From contig NC_057752.1 in NCBI RefSeq assembly GCF_004010195.1, positions 7,850,835 to 7,914,834 of the forward strand: a stretch of DNA of 64,000 nt, in the 5' to 3' direction. Under the pieces are notes generated by a model. It worked only from the letters and a program-made list of their open reading frames with translations. It was not told where the DNA came from and searched no databases. Every line of letters starts with the position of its first letter. Within the stretch, counting starts at the first letter, position 1. The position numbers and the translations under genes are program-made. This stretch comes from Chiloscyllium plagiosum (Eukaryota). This document shows positions 50,966 to 63,175 of the stretch, piece after piece.

Positions 50966-51330
50966 GTATTGATCGATCATAGGGGCAAAACAGAATTAAT
51001 CTGTTCAGGATCAAAACTAATCCAAAGCATTTGGAAGATAATTCTAAGACCCACACAACTTACCTTCTGGAGTTTGGGATTTCTTTTTACCTTTTTTCCC
51101 CACAAATTTTACATCTCATATCCAAACAAAACTAACACACGTTAGAAAATGTAAGCAATAATTTCACAAATATGCAGTATTTTGAGAATTATGACTTGTT
51201 CAGAATTTAATATTTTGTTTAAAAGACAACGACCGCAGGATCCTACAGGGAATCCTGTCAATAGATAGTTTTGAAAGTAGCATGTTCGGAAACACTGCAA
51301 ACAGCTAGAAATACCAGAGAGTTTCCCTGG

Positions 51331-51526
51331 AACAAAAATGGAAATTGCTGGAGAAACTCAGCAACTCTAGCAGTGTTTGTGGAGAGAAAACAGTTAACGT
51401 TTGAGTCCATAGTTCTGAAGAAATCATACTTAACTTGAAACGTTAACTCTGTTTCCTGATTTGCTGAGTTTCTCCAGAAATTTCTGGTTTTGTTTCAGAT
51501 TTCCAGCATCTGCAGTTCTTTGTTTC
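51331..51526. mobile_element. Family C fold-back Penelope-derived element with decayed hammerhead
   Basis: aattgctggagaaactcagca / tgctgagtttctccagaaattt arms; CTGAAGA...GAAACGTTA at about 51415-51445. Confidence 0.75.
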
Positions 51527-51696
51527 AGGTGTACTCAAATAAAACATTTCAGTAAAAGTATTTGCTTTTCATAGGCCTGACCTTTAGATAGCTTTGTGCC
51601 TTTTAAGTTTATATCCATTATATTTTTTTATCCCTTTCTCCTCACTGTCTCGCCCTTATCTCTCTCCTGTCTTCTCTATCTTTTCTCCTTGGACAG

Positions 51697-51817
51697 CTCA
51701 AAGTCTGACACAGTACTTATGGACACCATTGCTTCTTTCCTGGTTTTGCCAAACCGAATCACCTGCCCTCTTGTTGGAGAACTCCGTGTGGCTGAGCTCC
51801 GTTCTCCCCTGCCTCGG
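51697..51817 (+). CDS. ESYT1: ESYT1 exon, end of SMP domain (SKSDTVLMDTIASFLVLPNRITCPLVGELRVAELRSPLPR)
   Basis: Long pyrimidine tract plus ggacag, CGG|gtatgt donor, 121 nt; LRSPLPR is ESYT1-type (ESYT2 has LRFPVPK). Confidence 0.95.
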
Positions 51818-52500
51818 GTATGTATCACACTGTATGATTTCACCAAATTACTGCCAATAAAATTGCTTCTTGTGTTGCGAATACCTAGTTTGTGGACTTA
51901 ATATAACAAGTAATTAAGATTAGAACAGAAATAGATGATGGCTCTTAATTGATTATTTGATGCCTGGATATGTAAAGGAGCTATCATAGTGCAGTGGTAA
52001 TGTCCCTACCTCTGAGCCAGGAGACCTGGTTTCAAGTCTCAAATGCTTCAGATGTGCACAATAACACCACCTGAACAGGTTGGTGTTGTTTGTTTTTTTT
52101 AAGAACAGGGTAAAAGCTGGGACTGGGAGAGAGGTTGGCCTTTTATGGTCAGTAATCTGCACAAAGGAAGTCTGTCTCTTAGTTTGAATCTAATTAACAA
52201 TGGTTCATGTGTTTTAATATATCACTTTTTTAGTTTAAGGAATTAAATTTTAATGATAGAGTATGGGATAAATGCAATTATAGCAATGAAAGACTGGTGC
52301 ATATTTAAATGTTTGGGGTCATGTTTCTTTAAGAGGATAACAGCTAGGAAGTTCAGGGTTAGTGTTGGGCTTTAGTAATTGCAAAATTGCAACTGGTTGA
52401 TTAGAACACCTAAACAAAAGGCAGTACATATTTGTTTGATAGAATTGTATTACACAGGATTGATTTTACATGTTGTACTTTACCCATGGAAGGTAAGATT

Positions 52501-52835
52501 TCAATTCACCTGACCTGCACATCTTTGACTGTGGGAGGAAACCGGAGCAAACCCAGAGGGAGAATGTGCAAACTCCACACAGACAATTGCTTGAGGTGGG
52601 AATTGAACCTGGGTCCCTGGTGCTGTGAGGCTGCAGCGCCAGGGACCCAGGTTCAATTCCTGCCTCAAGCAATTGTCTGTGTGGAGTTTGCACATTCTCC
52701 CTCTGGGTTTGCTCCGGTTTCCTCCCACAGTCAAAGATGTGCAGGTCAGGTGAATTGACAGAGGGAGAATGTGCAAACTCCACACAGACAATTTCTTGAG
52801 GTGGGAATTGAACCTGGGTCCCTGGCACTGTGAGG
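52501..52835. repeat. HE1-like SINE inverted triplication (-,+,-) forming a ~258-bp near-perfect palindrome
   Basis: 52501-52625 is the reverse complement of 52634-52758; 52759-52835 repeats 52553-52629. Confidence 0.9.
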
Positions 52836-52867
52836 TACATTAGTAGGTAAAGTTTCTTACACAAGAC

Positions 52868-54455
52868 TGAGTCCAGTGACCCTTCGTCAGATCTGGAGAC
52901 GGGCCTCAGAAACATCCACCTTTTTTTTTTTTCCTCAATCGAGGATTCCCCACTATCCCCACAGCTCTCAGCTGCGTCTGACCTCTTTCTGTATTTCTAA
53001 TCTCACCTTTCCCTTGCCTTCCCTCCCACAATGATAGAGTTCCCCGGTCCTCGCCTATCATCTCACTAGCCTCCACAACCAAAGGCTCATAAGCTGCCAT
53101 TTCTTCCCCCACCAGCAGGATACTATCACCACACACACAATTTCCCTCCCCACCTTTGTCAGCCTTCCATAGGGACCACTCCCTCCAGGACACCCTGGTC
53201 CAGCCCTCCTCTGCTCCCATCACCTTCCCATACCCCCATAGCACTTTCCAATGCAATTGAGGAAAGGATAATATTTACACATTTACCTCCTCCGTACCTA
53301 CATGATCCAAGGCCCTGACACACCCTACTGGGGAAGCAATGACTTAGCTGCACTTCACACAATCTAGTCTACTGTATTCGCTGCTCATGATGTGGTCTCC
53401 TTTACATCGGGCAGACAAAGCACTGACTGGGTGACGATTTTGCAAAACTCCTATTCTACCATAAAAATGACCCTGCGCTTCCAGTTTTCTGCTACTTTAA
53501 CACGCTGCCATGTTCCTTGGCCAACATCTGTCTCAGGCTAGCTGAAGTGCTCCAGTGAGGCTAAGTGCAAGCTGGAAGAACAGCATCTTATCTTCCACCT
53601 TACATCCTTCGGGACTCAACATTGAGTTTGACACATTCAGAATGTGATCACCCTCTGCCACCGCTAGGTCCCGTCCAATATGGGCTGCTCCCAGCACAGT
53701 CAACCCACTTTAAATCATTACACTTCTTGACAGCACTCAACCATGCTATTATCTCCCACGACTTACCAGCAATCTCTTTATTTGCCTATTCATTGAGTCA
53801 TAGTCATACAGCACGGAAACAGACCCTTCCTTCAGTTCAACTCGTCCATGCCAACCAGGTTTCCCAAACTAAACTACTCACATTTGCCTGCATTTCATCC
53901 ATATCCTTAATGTTTCCTAGTCATGTACCTGTTCAAATGTCTTTTAAATGTTGTGACTACCTGCATTTACCACTTCCTCTGACAGTTCATTCCATATACG
54001 CACCGTCCTGTGGAAAAAGTTGCCCCTCCGTTCCCTTTTAAATATGATTCCCCTACTTTTGAACTCCCCCACCCTAGGAAAAGAACTTTGCTATTCACCC
54101 TATCCATGCCCCTCATGATTTTATAAATCTCTTAGGTGACCCTCAACTTCCTACACTCCAGAGGAAAAGAAAGCCTATACTTATAACTCAAACCTTCCAG
54201 TTCAGTAACATCCTTGTAAATATTTTCTTCACCCTTTCCAATTTAATAATATCCTTTCTATAACAAGGCAACCTGAACTGTATGCAATTCCACACCCCCA
54301 CCCCATTATTAGTATAAATTCCACCTTTCCCCAGCTATCTTCAGTTCTGACAATGGGTCACTGTACTGCAAACATTAACAGATGCTGCCAGACCTGCCCT
54401 GCTTCTCCACACTGTTTTTCAGATTTCCAGCATCTGCATTTCTATGTCTCTATTT
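52868..54455 (+). mobile_element. 5'-truncated Penelope-like element with GIY-YIG endonuclease remnant, inverted 5' pLTR piece and 3' pLTR; CR1 inserted at 53795-54290 (-)
   Basis: TSHNLVYCIRCS*CGLLYIGQTKH*LGDDF at about 53352-53442; gagtccagtgacccttcgtcaga (52869-52891) is inverted relative to tctgacaatgggtcactgtact (about 54346). Confidence 0.85.
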
Positions 54456-55640
54456 TGGAATTGGAGCTGAATTAGTTTAAAAGCAATCAGTAAATCCGAG
54501 AAGTCAGTTTGAAGATAGCAAAGCAGACCGTGTCATCATGGAGGTTAACAATGTTCTCTTAGAGTCATACAGATGTACAGCATGGAGTTTCAATGGAGCT
54601 GCCTATTTGTTGGGAGAGGTGTTCACTTGCAGTTTGGAGCTGGGCAAATGCTAAAGCAGAACTAGTAGCTCCAAGCAGCACAAGTTTTGTTAGCAGACTC
54701 CAGGTAGTTTGGGCTCAGGAAAGGTCCCAGGGTGTGATTGCTCCATACCATAGAACGTAGCTCAGGCTAACTGGAAGCCATTGATTGTTCAGTACAGGTA
54801 AGAGAAGGAGTGCCAACCACCGTGCCACCTAATATACAGTGTATGTGGTTTTAAATTCTTGTCCTATCTGTTTAGTCATTATTATTTTTTATTTGTTTTG
54901 TTCAAGTTTGAATACTTAAGATTTTTGGGCATTTCAATTCAACTTTGAATTCCTGCTACTAATTTTTCTGACCCTTGTTCTTCCACATGTTGTTGTATTC
55001 TTACTGTCTATCAAGCCAGATCCCAACAAGGATCTAGTTTGTCTGGTATTCTTTTCACTGGGATCATAACTCCTGTGGTGGGATTGCTCCAAGATGGTGC
55101 TGCTTTGGTGTGCAAGCAGCAAAATCCCTCACCAACCAATTATAGCATTATAGTTATGGTTTGATTTGTTTGTGTGGATAGACATTTTTAACTTCACCAC
55201 TTGAGTGCTAACCAGATGGGGCACATTGTAAGGTGTTTGTTCATTGATTTCAGTGGGATACAACGTCTGCCAACTAACTGCCTATATGGTGATGAAAATG
55301 GTCCTGACCCCACCAGTCTACTTTTGAACTGATGCTCCTCCAGATAGAACATTTTTCAATGCCACAAGTACCAGGAAACTAGAGTGGCATAATTTCTCTG
55401 GGAAGTATACTCTACTCTAGTGATAACAGTAGCAGAAAGGGTGAAAACTAGTGCTGCTGCCATATTATTTGACGAAGTCCTGTGTTATTGCTAACACCAA
55501 ACAAATACCTCATGCCATGCAGAGTATGTGGCTTGTACTCAGTTAATTTTTATTTCTACACTCCACAGCATTTCTTTATTCCATGTGAAATAATCCAGTC
55601 CTTCAGAAAGGAAATCTTAAACTTGTCTATTTATCCCTAG

Positions 55641-55817
55641 GGAATAGTGCGGATCTATCTAATTGAAGCAGCAAGCCTGGAATCAAAGGACACCTACGTT
55701 AAGGGATTCATTAAAGGAAAGTCTGATCCATATGCAATTGTACGAGTGGGCACACAGGCATTCATGAGCAAGACTGTCAGTGAAACAGTGAATCCCAAGT
55801 GGAATGAAATGTATGAG
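55641..55817 (+). CDS. ESYT1: ESYT1 exon, C2A domain (GIVRIYLIEAASLESKDTYVKGFIKGKSDPYAIVRVG...PKWNEMYE)
   Basis: ttatccctag acceptor, GAG|gtgggt donor, 177 nt; GKSDPY and PxWNE C2 motifs. Confidence 0.97.
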
Positions 55818-56834
55818 GTGGGTGAATATGATTGCATGTCTCATAGTCATTTCAACCTTTTTAACCAGCAGCTTAAAATATGACTTCTGCAATTCCCAGG
55901 AAAACAGTTTTGTGATATACTGGCTGTAGAGGTTTAAAATCTGAAGCAGGACTCAAATTTGTGAATGTCAGGGAATTCTGGCATTTTCACCCTGAACCTA
56001 CAAATGCAACTTAGCCTGGTCAATCTCGCAGAGCCCTCCTAACCAACACCTGCACGCTTGTCTCACATTTGAAAGAACTGTCCCACAGACTCAGTGACTG
56101 CCTGGCATTGTAAGGTGTGATTCCATGAGTATGACTGTGTCACAGGCACTACCATCACCAACTCTGGACAAACCCAGCAGAGATGATGGCATAGTGATAC
56201 ACAGTCATGAACGAGGTGCTCTCGGTGTTCACAACATTAATTCTGACACCTCCATGGTATTGGTTTGGACATTGGGTAGGAAACCTGCTGGTTACCACGC
56301 ACCATCCTCCCTTGGCCGATGACTCTGTGCTCCTCCACATTGAACAGTAGTTTCAACAAGCACTGAGGGTGGCAAGGGCACAACATACACAAGGTAGGAG
56401 ATTTCGATGTCCCTCATCAAGATTGGCTCGGCAGCAGCCCTACTGACTGAGCTGGCCGAGTCTGAAAGGGCATAACGAGACTGGGCCTGCGACAGGCAGT
56501 GAAGAAAAACAGGAGGAAAAAACCTACTTGACCTACACCTCAATTTTCCCAGCAGAGATGCGTTCATCTGTGACAATATCAATAGGAGTGACCATTGCAC
56601 AGTCCACGTGGAAATGAAGTTCTGTTTCTACATTGAGGATACCTTCCATCATGTTGTGTGGCATTATCACTGAGCTAAATATGACAGACTTTGAACAGAT
56701 CTAGCAACTAAAGAAGGCATCCATGAGGTGCTGTGGGCCACCATCAACAGCAGAATCATACTTGGCACAATTTTTGTAAACTTTTTACCAGGCATCTCCC
56801 TCACTCTACTGCTCCCATTAAGCCATGGGATCAA

Positions 56835-57027
56835 AATCGGAAATTGCTGGAGAAACTCAGCAGGTCTGGCAGCATCTGTCAAGAGAAATCTGAGTTAATG
56901 TTCTGAAGAAGGATCACTGGATCCAAAAACATTTACTCTGCCTCCTCTCCCCAGTTACTGGCAGTCCTGTTGAGTTTCTCCAGAATTTTTTTCTTTCCAA
57001 TTCCAGCAGCTGCAGTTCTTTAATTTT
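56835..57027. mobile_element. Family C fold-back element
   Basis: Inverted arms; CTGAAGA-A-GGATC-ACTG-GATCC-aAAA; TSD AGCCA(T/A)GGGATCAA at 56821-56834 and 57028-57041. Confidence 0.82.
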
Positions 57028-58744
57028 AGCCAAGGGATCAACCCTGGCTCAATGGGGAGTGCGCGATGGCATGCCAAGAGCAGCACCGAGCACACCTAAA
57101 AATGAGGCGTCAACTTGTGAAGCTACCAAACTTGTATGGAAAAGGAGCATATTGTAGAGAGAACTAAGTATTCCACAACCGATGGATCAGATCTAAGCTC
57201 TGCAGCCCTGGCAAATCTAGTTGTAAATGGTGGCAGGCAAATAAACATTTCACTGGAGGAATAGGCTCCAAACATCTCCACTGTCAACAATGGTGGAGCA
57301 CAGCACATCAGTGCAAATGATAAGGCTGAAGCATTTCTCACACTCTTCAGCCAGAAGTGTCGATCCATTTTGGCCTCCACCAGAGATCCCCATCATCACA
57401 GATGCCAGTCTTCAGCCAATTCGATTCAAGAAATGATTGGAGACGCTGGATACTACAAAGGCTATGGGTCCTGACAACATTCTGGCAACAGTACTGAAGA
57501 CTTGTGCTCCAGAACTTGTCGCTCCCCTAGCCAAGCTGCTCCAGTACAATTACAATACTGGCATCTACCCAACAATGTGGAAAATTGTCCAGCCCTGCCT
57601 TGTCCACAAAACGTAGGGCAAATCCAATCCACCCAATTACCACCCCATCAGTCTACTCTCAATCATCAGTAAAGTGATGGAAAGGATCATCAACAGTGAT
57701 ATCAATCAGCATTTGCAAAGATATAATCTGCTCAGTTTTGGTTCTGTCAGGATCATTCTGACCTCATTATAGCCTTGGTTCAAATATGGACCAAAGAGCT
57801 GAATTCCAGATGGGAGGTGAGTGACTGCCCTTGACATCAAGACCACAGCATTTGAGTGAGTATGGCATCAAGGAGCCTAGCAAAACTTTAGTCAGTGAGG
57901 ATTGCGGGAAATCCCTCTGCTGGTTGGAGTCCCATTTAGCACAAAGCAGGATAGTTTTTGTTGGAAGTTAATCATCATCTGAACCCTCAGATCTCTGCAG
58001 GCATTCCTCAAGGTAGTGTCCAATCTGCTTCATCAATGACTGCTCCTACATCAGAAAATGTAGATGTCAGTGGGGATGTTTGCTGATGATTGCACAATGT
58101 TTTGGAGCATTGTGACTTCTCTGACTTATTGAAACAGTTTGTGCCCACAGCAAGATCTGCACAATTTTTGTGCTTGGGCTGATAAGTGGCAAGTAACATT
58201 GCCTGGCACATGAGACAAAACTGACCATCTCCAATGAGAGAATCTAACCATTGTCCCTTGACATTCAATGGTTTTACCAACAGTAAATCTTCCACTATCA
58301 AAATCCTGAGAGTTACTATTGACAGAAACTAAACTGGACTGGCCGTATAAATTCTATGGCTGAAAAAGTAGGTCAGAGGCCAGGAGCCTGTGGTGAGTAA
58401 TTGACCTCCTGACTCCCCAAAACCCATCTATTGAAAAGGCACATGTCAGGAGTGTGATAGAATTCTCCCCACTTGTCTGGGTGAATGCAACTCGAACACC
58501 ACACAAGAAGCTTGACACAATTGAGAAAAAAGCAGCCTGCTTGACGGAACCTCGTGCATCACCTCCACCATCCTCTCTTTCACTACTGATACTTACTTAA
58601 TAGTGGCAGTATGTACTATCTACAAGATGCACTGCAGAAATTCAAGGCTTCTTCCAAGCCCATGACCACTTCCAGAAAAGCAAGGGCAGCAGTACAAGGG
58701 AACACCACCACATCAAAGCCCCTCACCATCCTGGCTTGGAAACA

Positions 58745-59366
58745 CAGAGGAACCTCCAATTATCCAAATTTCGGATTATCCAAAGAAGATTTCAAGGTCC
58801 CACAAAAGTGTTGTATCAAAGAAGTAAGTGTGTTTGATTTACCTGTACTGAAGAACATGTGAAAACGCTGGCAAAAACAAAGATTCAAGCATCAGCGACT
58901 GGACTTTTTTTTTAAGGTAAGGGTTGTTACACAGCCTTTTGCAAAAGTAAGTGTTTTACAGCACGGGGTATTCCTGTCACTTTACCAGGCCATTCACTAA
59001 AAACAAAATGGCCACGAACGTGAATGCATGCACGAGGCAGTGTTTCTGTCTTTCTATCGTGAGACTGAGTTCCCGGAAACTGACAAATCCTCTTGCGATT
59101 GTAGAAGCTGTTCAGGACCTTTGTTTGATGCTGGGATTTGATATACGGTATTAGTGATGCTGAGTCCTTCTCAGTTTAACCTGAAATTTGCAGACTGCAA
59201 GGATTGTTTAAATGACACACACACACTCATTAAAATTATAGATTTAAACTAATTCTCTAGTCGAGCACAGCTTTCGATCAGTATGGCTTCCCTTGTTTAA
59301 GGTAAAATCAATTATCTGAACGAAATAGTGCCCGCCCATCTCATTCAGATAATCGACGTTCCTCTG
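58745..59366. mobile_element. Tigger-like non-autonomous DNA transposon inserted in the LINE 3' region
   Basis: TIR CAGAGGAACCTCCAATTATC / GATAATCGACGTTCCTCTG followed by TA; host LINE sequence resumes after it. Confidence 0.75.
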
Positions 59367-59684
59367 TATATTGCAGTTCCTTCACTTGCTGGATCGAAAT
59401 CTTGGAGCTCTCTTCCTAACAGCATTATAGGTCTACCTACACCGTGGATTGCAGCATTTCTACTGAAGGCATACCACCACCTTCTTGAGGGCAACTAGGG
59501 AAGACAATAAATGCTGGCTAAGCCAACAATACCCACATCCCATGAATGATTTTCTTTAGACAAATGTTTCAGTGTTCACTTATCTTTGTTTTTAAAATGG
59601 CCGTCTCTCGAAGTTCTAAGTCTGTCTGTCCTCTTTCCCTGTCTCTCTGGGCCATAGACTACACAATACTTGAGATGTTTGGTG

Positions 59685-59951
59685 CTGAAAATGTGTTGCT
59701 GGAAAAGCACAGCAGGTCAGGCAGCATCCAGGGAACAGGAGAATCGACGTTTCGGGCATAAGCCCTTCTTCAGGAATCTTCCTAACAGCATTATAGGTCT
59801 ACCTACACCAAGTGGATTGCAGCATTTCTACTGAAGGGCTTATGCCCGAAACGTCGATTCTCCTGTTCCCTGGATGCTGCCTGACCTGCTGCGCTTTTCC
59901 AGCAACACATTTTCAGCTCTGATCTCCAGCATCTGCAGACCTCACTTTCTC
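59685..59951. mobile_element. Young family B fold-back element with captured genomic loop
   Basis: Near-identical inverted arms; perfect 16-bp TSD CTTGAGATGTTTGGTG at 59669-59684 and 59952-59967. Confidence 0.92.
59744..59775 (-). ncRNA. Minimal hammerhead ribozyme motif, intact core
   Basis: Minus strand UC-CUGAAGA-A-GGGC(UUAU)GCCC-GAAA-C-GUC-GA. Confidence 0.78.
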
Positions 59952-60134
59952 CTTGAGATGTTTGGTGACCTGTGTATTCTTTGTCACGAACAGTATGGGA
60001 GAAAGGAGCAATATTCCATCAAAGGTCATTATCTTTTTTTTCCTCAGTATCTTAGCTAGCATCATATTCGAAATGGAGAATATTCTCCAATTTCAGCATA
60101 GTCTGGAACTGCGTAGACTCACACACCATTAACT

Positions 60135-60485
60135 CTATCTACACCCTTTTATTATTTTATAAACTTCCTTCAGGTCACCTCTCAACCTCCTACGCTTCAG
60201 TGAAAAAATTCCCAGCATTTCTTTATAATTCAAACCTTCCATACCCAGCAATAGCCTGGTAAATCTCTTCTGAATAACCTCTAGTTTAATAATATCCTTC
60301 TTATAACGGGTGACCGGAACTGGACACATTATTCCAGAAGAGGCCTCACCCATGTCCTGTACAATCTCAACATAATGTCCTAACTCATGTACGCAAAGGT
60401 CTGAGCAATGAAGGCAAATGTGCTAAATGCCTTTTTAACTACCCTGTCCATATGTGACATAAATTTTAAAGAATTATGTACCTGA
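60135..60485 (-). mobile_element. CR1 fragment
   Basis: IQKRFTRLLLGMEGL...RRRLRGDLKEVYKII. Confidence 0.85.
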
Positions 60486-61658
60486 AACAGTTACTTTTTT
60501 AACTGGTAAGTTTTTTTTTAATCCGGACTGGAAGATTCAAGTCATGAAAATCTTTCAATAAAGTCGGAGTGCAAGAATGTGTGTTTCCTGTAGAACAAGA
60601 GTTGCCCCACTGGCATCAACCCTTTTGACCATAGCATATTGCACATCATGCAAAAGCAAATGATTTGCACTACATGATGAAATAAGGCATATTGAAATAA
60701 ACCACAGCAATATTACAATTGTGGATATATAACTGCAAATAAACAAAAGCCACACATTTCATTTTTGGGAGGGGACATTACTGAAAAAGAATCATTTTCA
60801 CGTTATGTTGCCAGCAATCAGTTCCAAAAATAAAATGTCAAGAGATCCAGAAGTACATGTGACTAGAAAGGCTATTCTATAATGAAAGAGGGAAGCAAAA
60901 CTAAGTGTCACCCTAAAAAGAAATCAGCTTCTGCAATGTACTGGTACCATCTGTATGACATTGAAATTAATCGCATTATCTCTAATGCTGCTGAAATGCT
61001 TTTCCATCAGTCATGCTTGTCAGTGACTATTTCCCTATTTACTCGCTTAAGAGGTTACACAACAATTCAACCTAGCTTTTCACTTAGGTGAGTGATGATG
61101 TGAAACAAGTTTTGAGACTCCCTTGTATGCGTCACCAAATAGCACTGCAGTCCCTCCTATCCACTATACATGATATACGCTGTCCACAGATAAAGGGTGG
61201 AGTATGAGCAGTGTGCATATAGATGCTCCAATGACATTATTGATCAGCAAAGCAGTTTTTGTAATTTGTGCATAGAATCCCCTCAGTTAATATTTCTTTC
61301 TCACCTGCTGTATTTGTCTTTAACTCAGCAACAGCCACAAACATCTCCTGCATATCCTTTGTTACTGTTGTCCAATTTTGCCCCAGTGAGCACATTGCTG
61401 ATATCTAGCGCTAGATAGTGATATGACAGAATTATACTCTGCTTTGGAATTAATTTTTTTTTTCCATTTGCTAATTTTAGTGTATTATGATCACAAAGTG
61501 GGCAAAATCACCCATTGATTTTGAGAGAATGAAACAACTTCTGGGAGATGGAAAAACTAAATTTCTATGTTGTTGGAATTTATAGAAAAGGATAGTTTTG
61601 AATAGCAGTATATCCTGTGAGTTCTCTTTTCTGACCCTTGAGTTTCTACACTTCACAG

Positions 61659-61741
61659 GTGATTGTCCATGAAGTTCCTGGTCAACTGTTGGAAATTGAG
61701 ATATTTGATAAAGACCCAGATCAGGACGATTTCCTGGGCAG
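61659..61741 (+). CDS. ESYT1: ESYT1 exon, C2A domain (VIVHEVPGQLLEIEIFDKDPDQDDFLGR)
   Basis: cttcacag acceptor, AG|gtgaga donor, 83 nt; VHEVPGQ, FDKDPD and FLGR are ESYT1-type; Ca2+-binding aspartates present. Confidence 0.96.
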
Positions 61742-62714
61742 GTGAGAGCACTAAACATCTGTGTACATGTATGAGTCAGTATTAATGGTCATGCATCTAG
61801 GACTGTATGAGCATATGTGCGTTCATTTGGCTTTATATTAATACTTTGTCTCCAAATACCACCTGTCACATCCCTCATTACTTGCCTCTGCAAGTGTACA
61901 TTTTCATCCTCAAACTGTTTACTGCCCCTGTAATCTAGCACCCCAATCATAAACAACAAATCTGTATCACAACCATGGAATGAATATAATGAAAACTCGG
62001 GATAATCTATGCTTCGCAATCAAGTCAGTCTTGCAGATCACCATCCAAGCAATGTCAAACCAAACAGGAATGTAACCTGTTGCGCATTGGGTTGTGCAAT
62101 TCATGTTTATAAAGCAACATATCATCTATGCTATGGAAGAAATGCTAAATTTAAAATAAAACTTACAGGGGAAATTGATAAAGTATCACAAGATGGAGAT
62201 ACATGTGGCAATGTTTGTGTCCAGTGTTACTGTAACTAAAAATATTGTTGCAATACTCAATATATCAGAAGCAAACTCAACAAGGGTTGCCACTTAACGA
62301 GCTCAATATTAGGAAAATTAGCTCCATGAATAATATCAGGTTATGGTATAATAAAGAGTTATTTTGAGCCCTCTTAAAAAGAAACCATTTGACTTGGACA
62401 CTAAATACTGCTACTTTTAAACTAAATTGAATGAGATTTGGTAAAATCTCAAACGAACACTCGAGCAATAATAAAATAAACAGGTTTTCCATTGCAGTAT
62501 ATCAACAGAAAACATGTAGAAAATAGTAACCTCTCCCTTTGTACTTTTACAGATCACTTCCCCATCATTTATCGTACACTCCTTTGCTTCCCCCCCCTTA
62601 TTTGATTCTTGTTTTTTGTGAATGTTTAGAGGGGCCTTGATTGTTTCTTGTTCGAACACCAGTGTGCTTGGAATGGGTGTGAGAGGGTGATATGAGTATT
62701 TCTTTTGCTTTCAG

Positions 62715-62763
62715 AATGCAGCTGGACCTTGGGGAAGTAATGAAAAATCAAATAGTGGAAGAG
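62715..62763 (+). CDS. ESYT1: ESYT1 exon (MQLDLGEVMKNQIVEE); gene continues beyond the window
   Basis: ttttgctttcag acceptor, GAG|gtaagg donor, 49 nt, phase 2-0. Confidence 0.92.
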
Positions 62764-63175
62764 GTAAGGAGTTGCGGAGATGCTGACATAACTGCTGGCC
62801 AAAGGGAAGAAGAATAAAAGGGCACTGTCTTCATGAAAAATCTAGACAAAACTAAAGAGTGCAAGTTATTTTTGGTGATGTTATCATATGAATGTATGAC
62901 AAAATTCTACCATTTTAGAAGTGACCTTAACAAATTTAGAATAAATAGATTAACATCTCCATTAAAACAAAGAAATTTGACCGGAATGCATTAAACAGTC
63001 ATGGGATGATGTCATTCTGTCATTTCTAGTCATATGCTGTTTGAGGAAGGATTGCATCATTTGTGGCATGTTTATATCACACATTAATTGCGTTTTGGGC
63101 TTGTGTTATGATACAACGGTGAACCCCTCTGTTAATTAAACCAAACACCCAGAAAAGCTCACCTTGCCTCATGAT

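Larger units (their letters stand above)
55990..59547 (+). mobile_element. Near full-length decayed ORF2 of the second LINE family, with nested PLE fold-back and MITE
   Basis: Endonuclease remnants, GPDNILATVLKTCAPEL, NYHPISLLSIISKVME, PQGSV and FADD, then 3' tail. Confidence 0.85.

Noticed and set aside
61089-61200. C-box-like GTGATGA suggesting an intronic snoRNA
   Set aside because: No suitably placed D box or terminal stem found.
46607-62763. Assignment as ESYT2 or ESYT3
   Set aside because: Diagnostic residues (KKYFCKAGV, LRSPLPR, VHEVPGQ, FDKDPD, FLGR) fit ESYT1.
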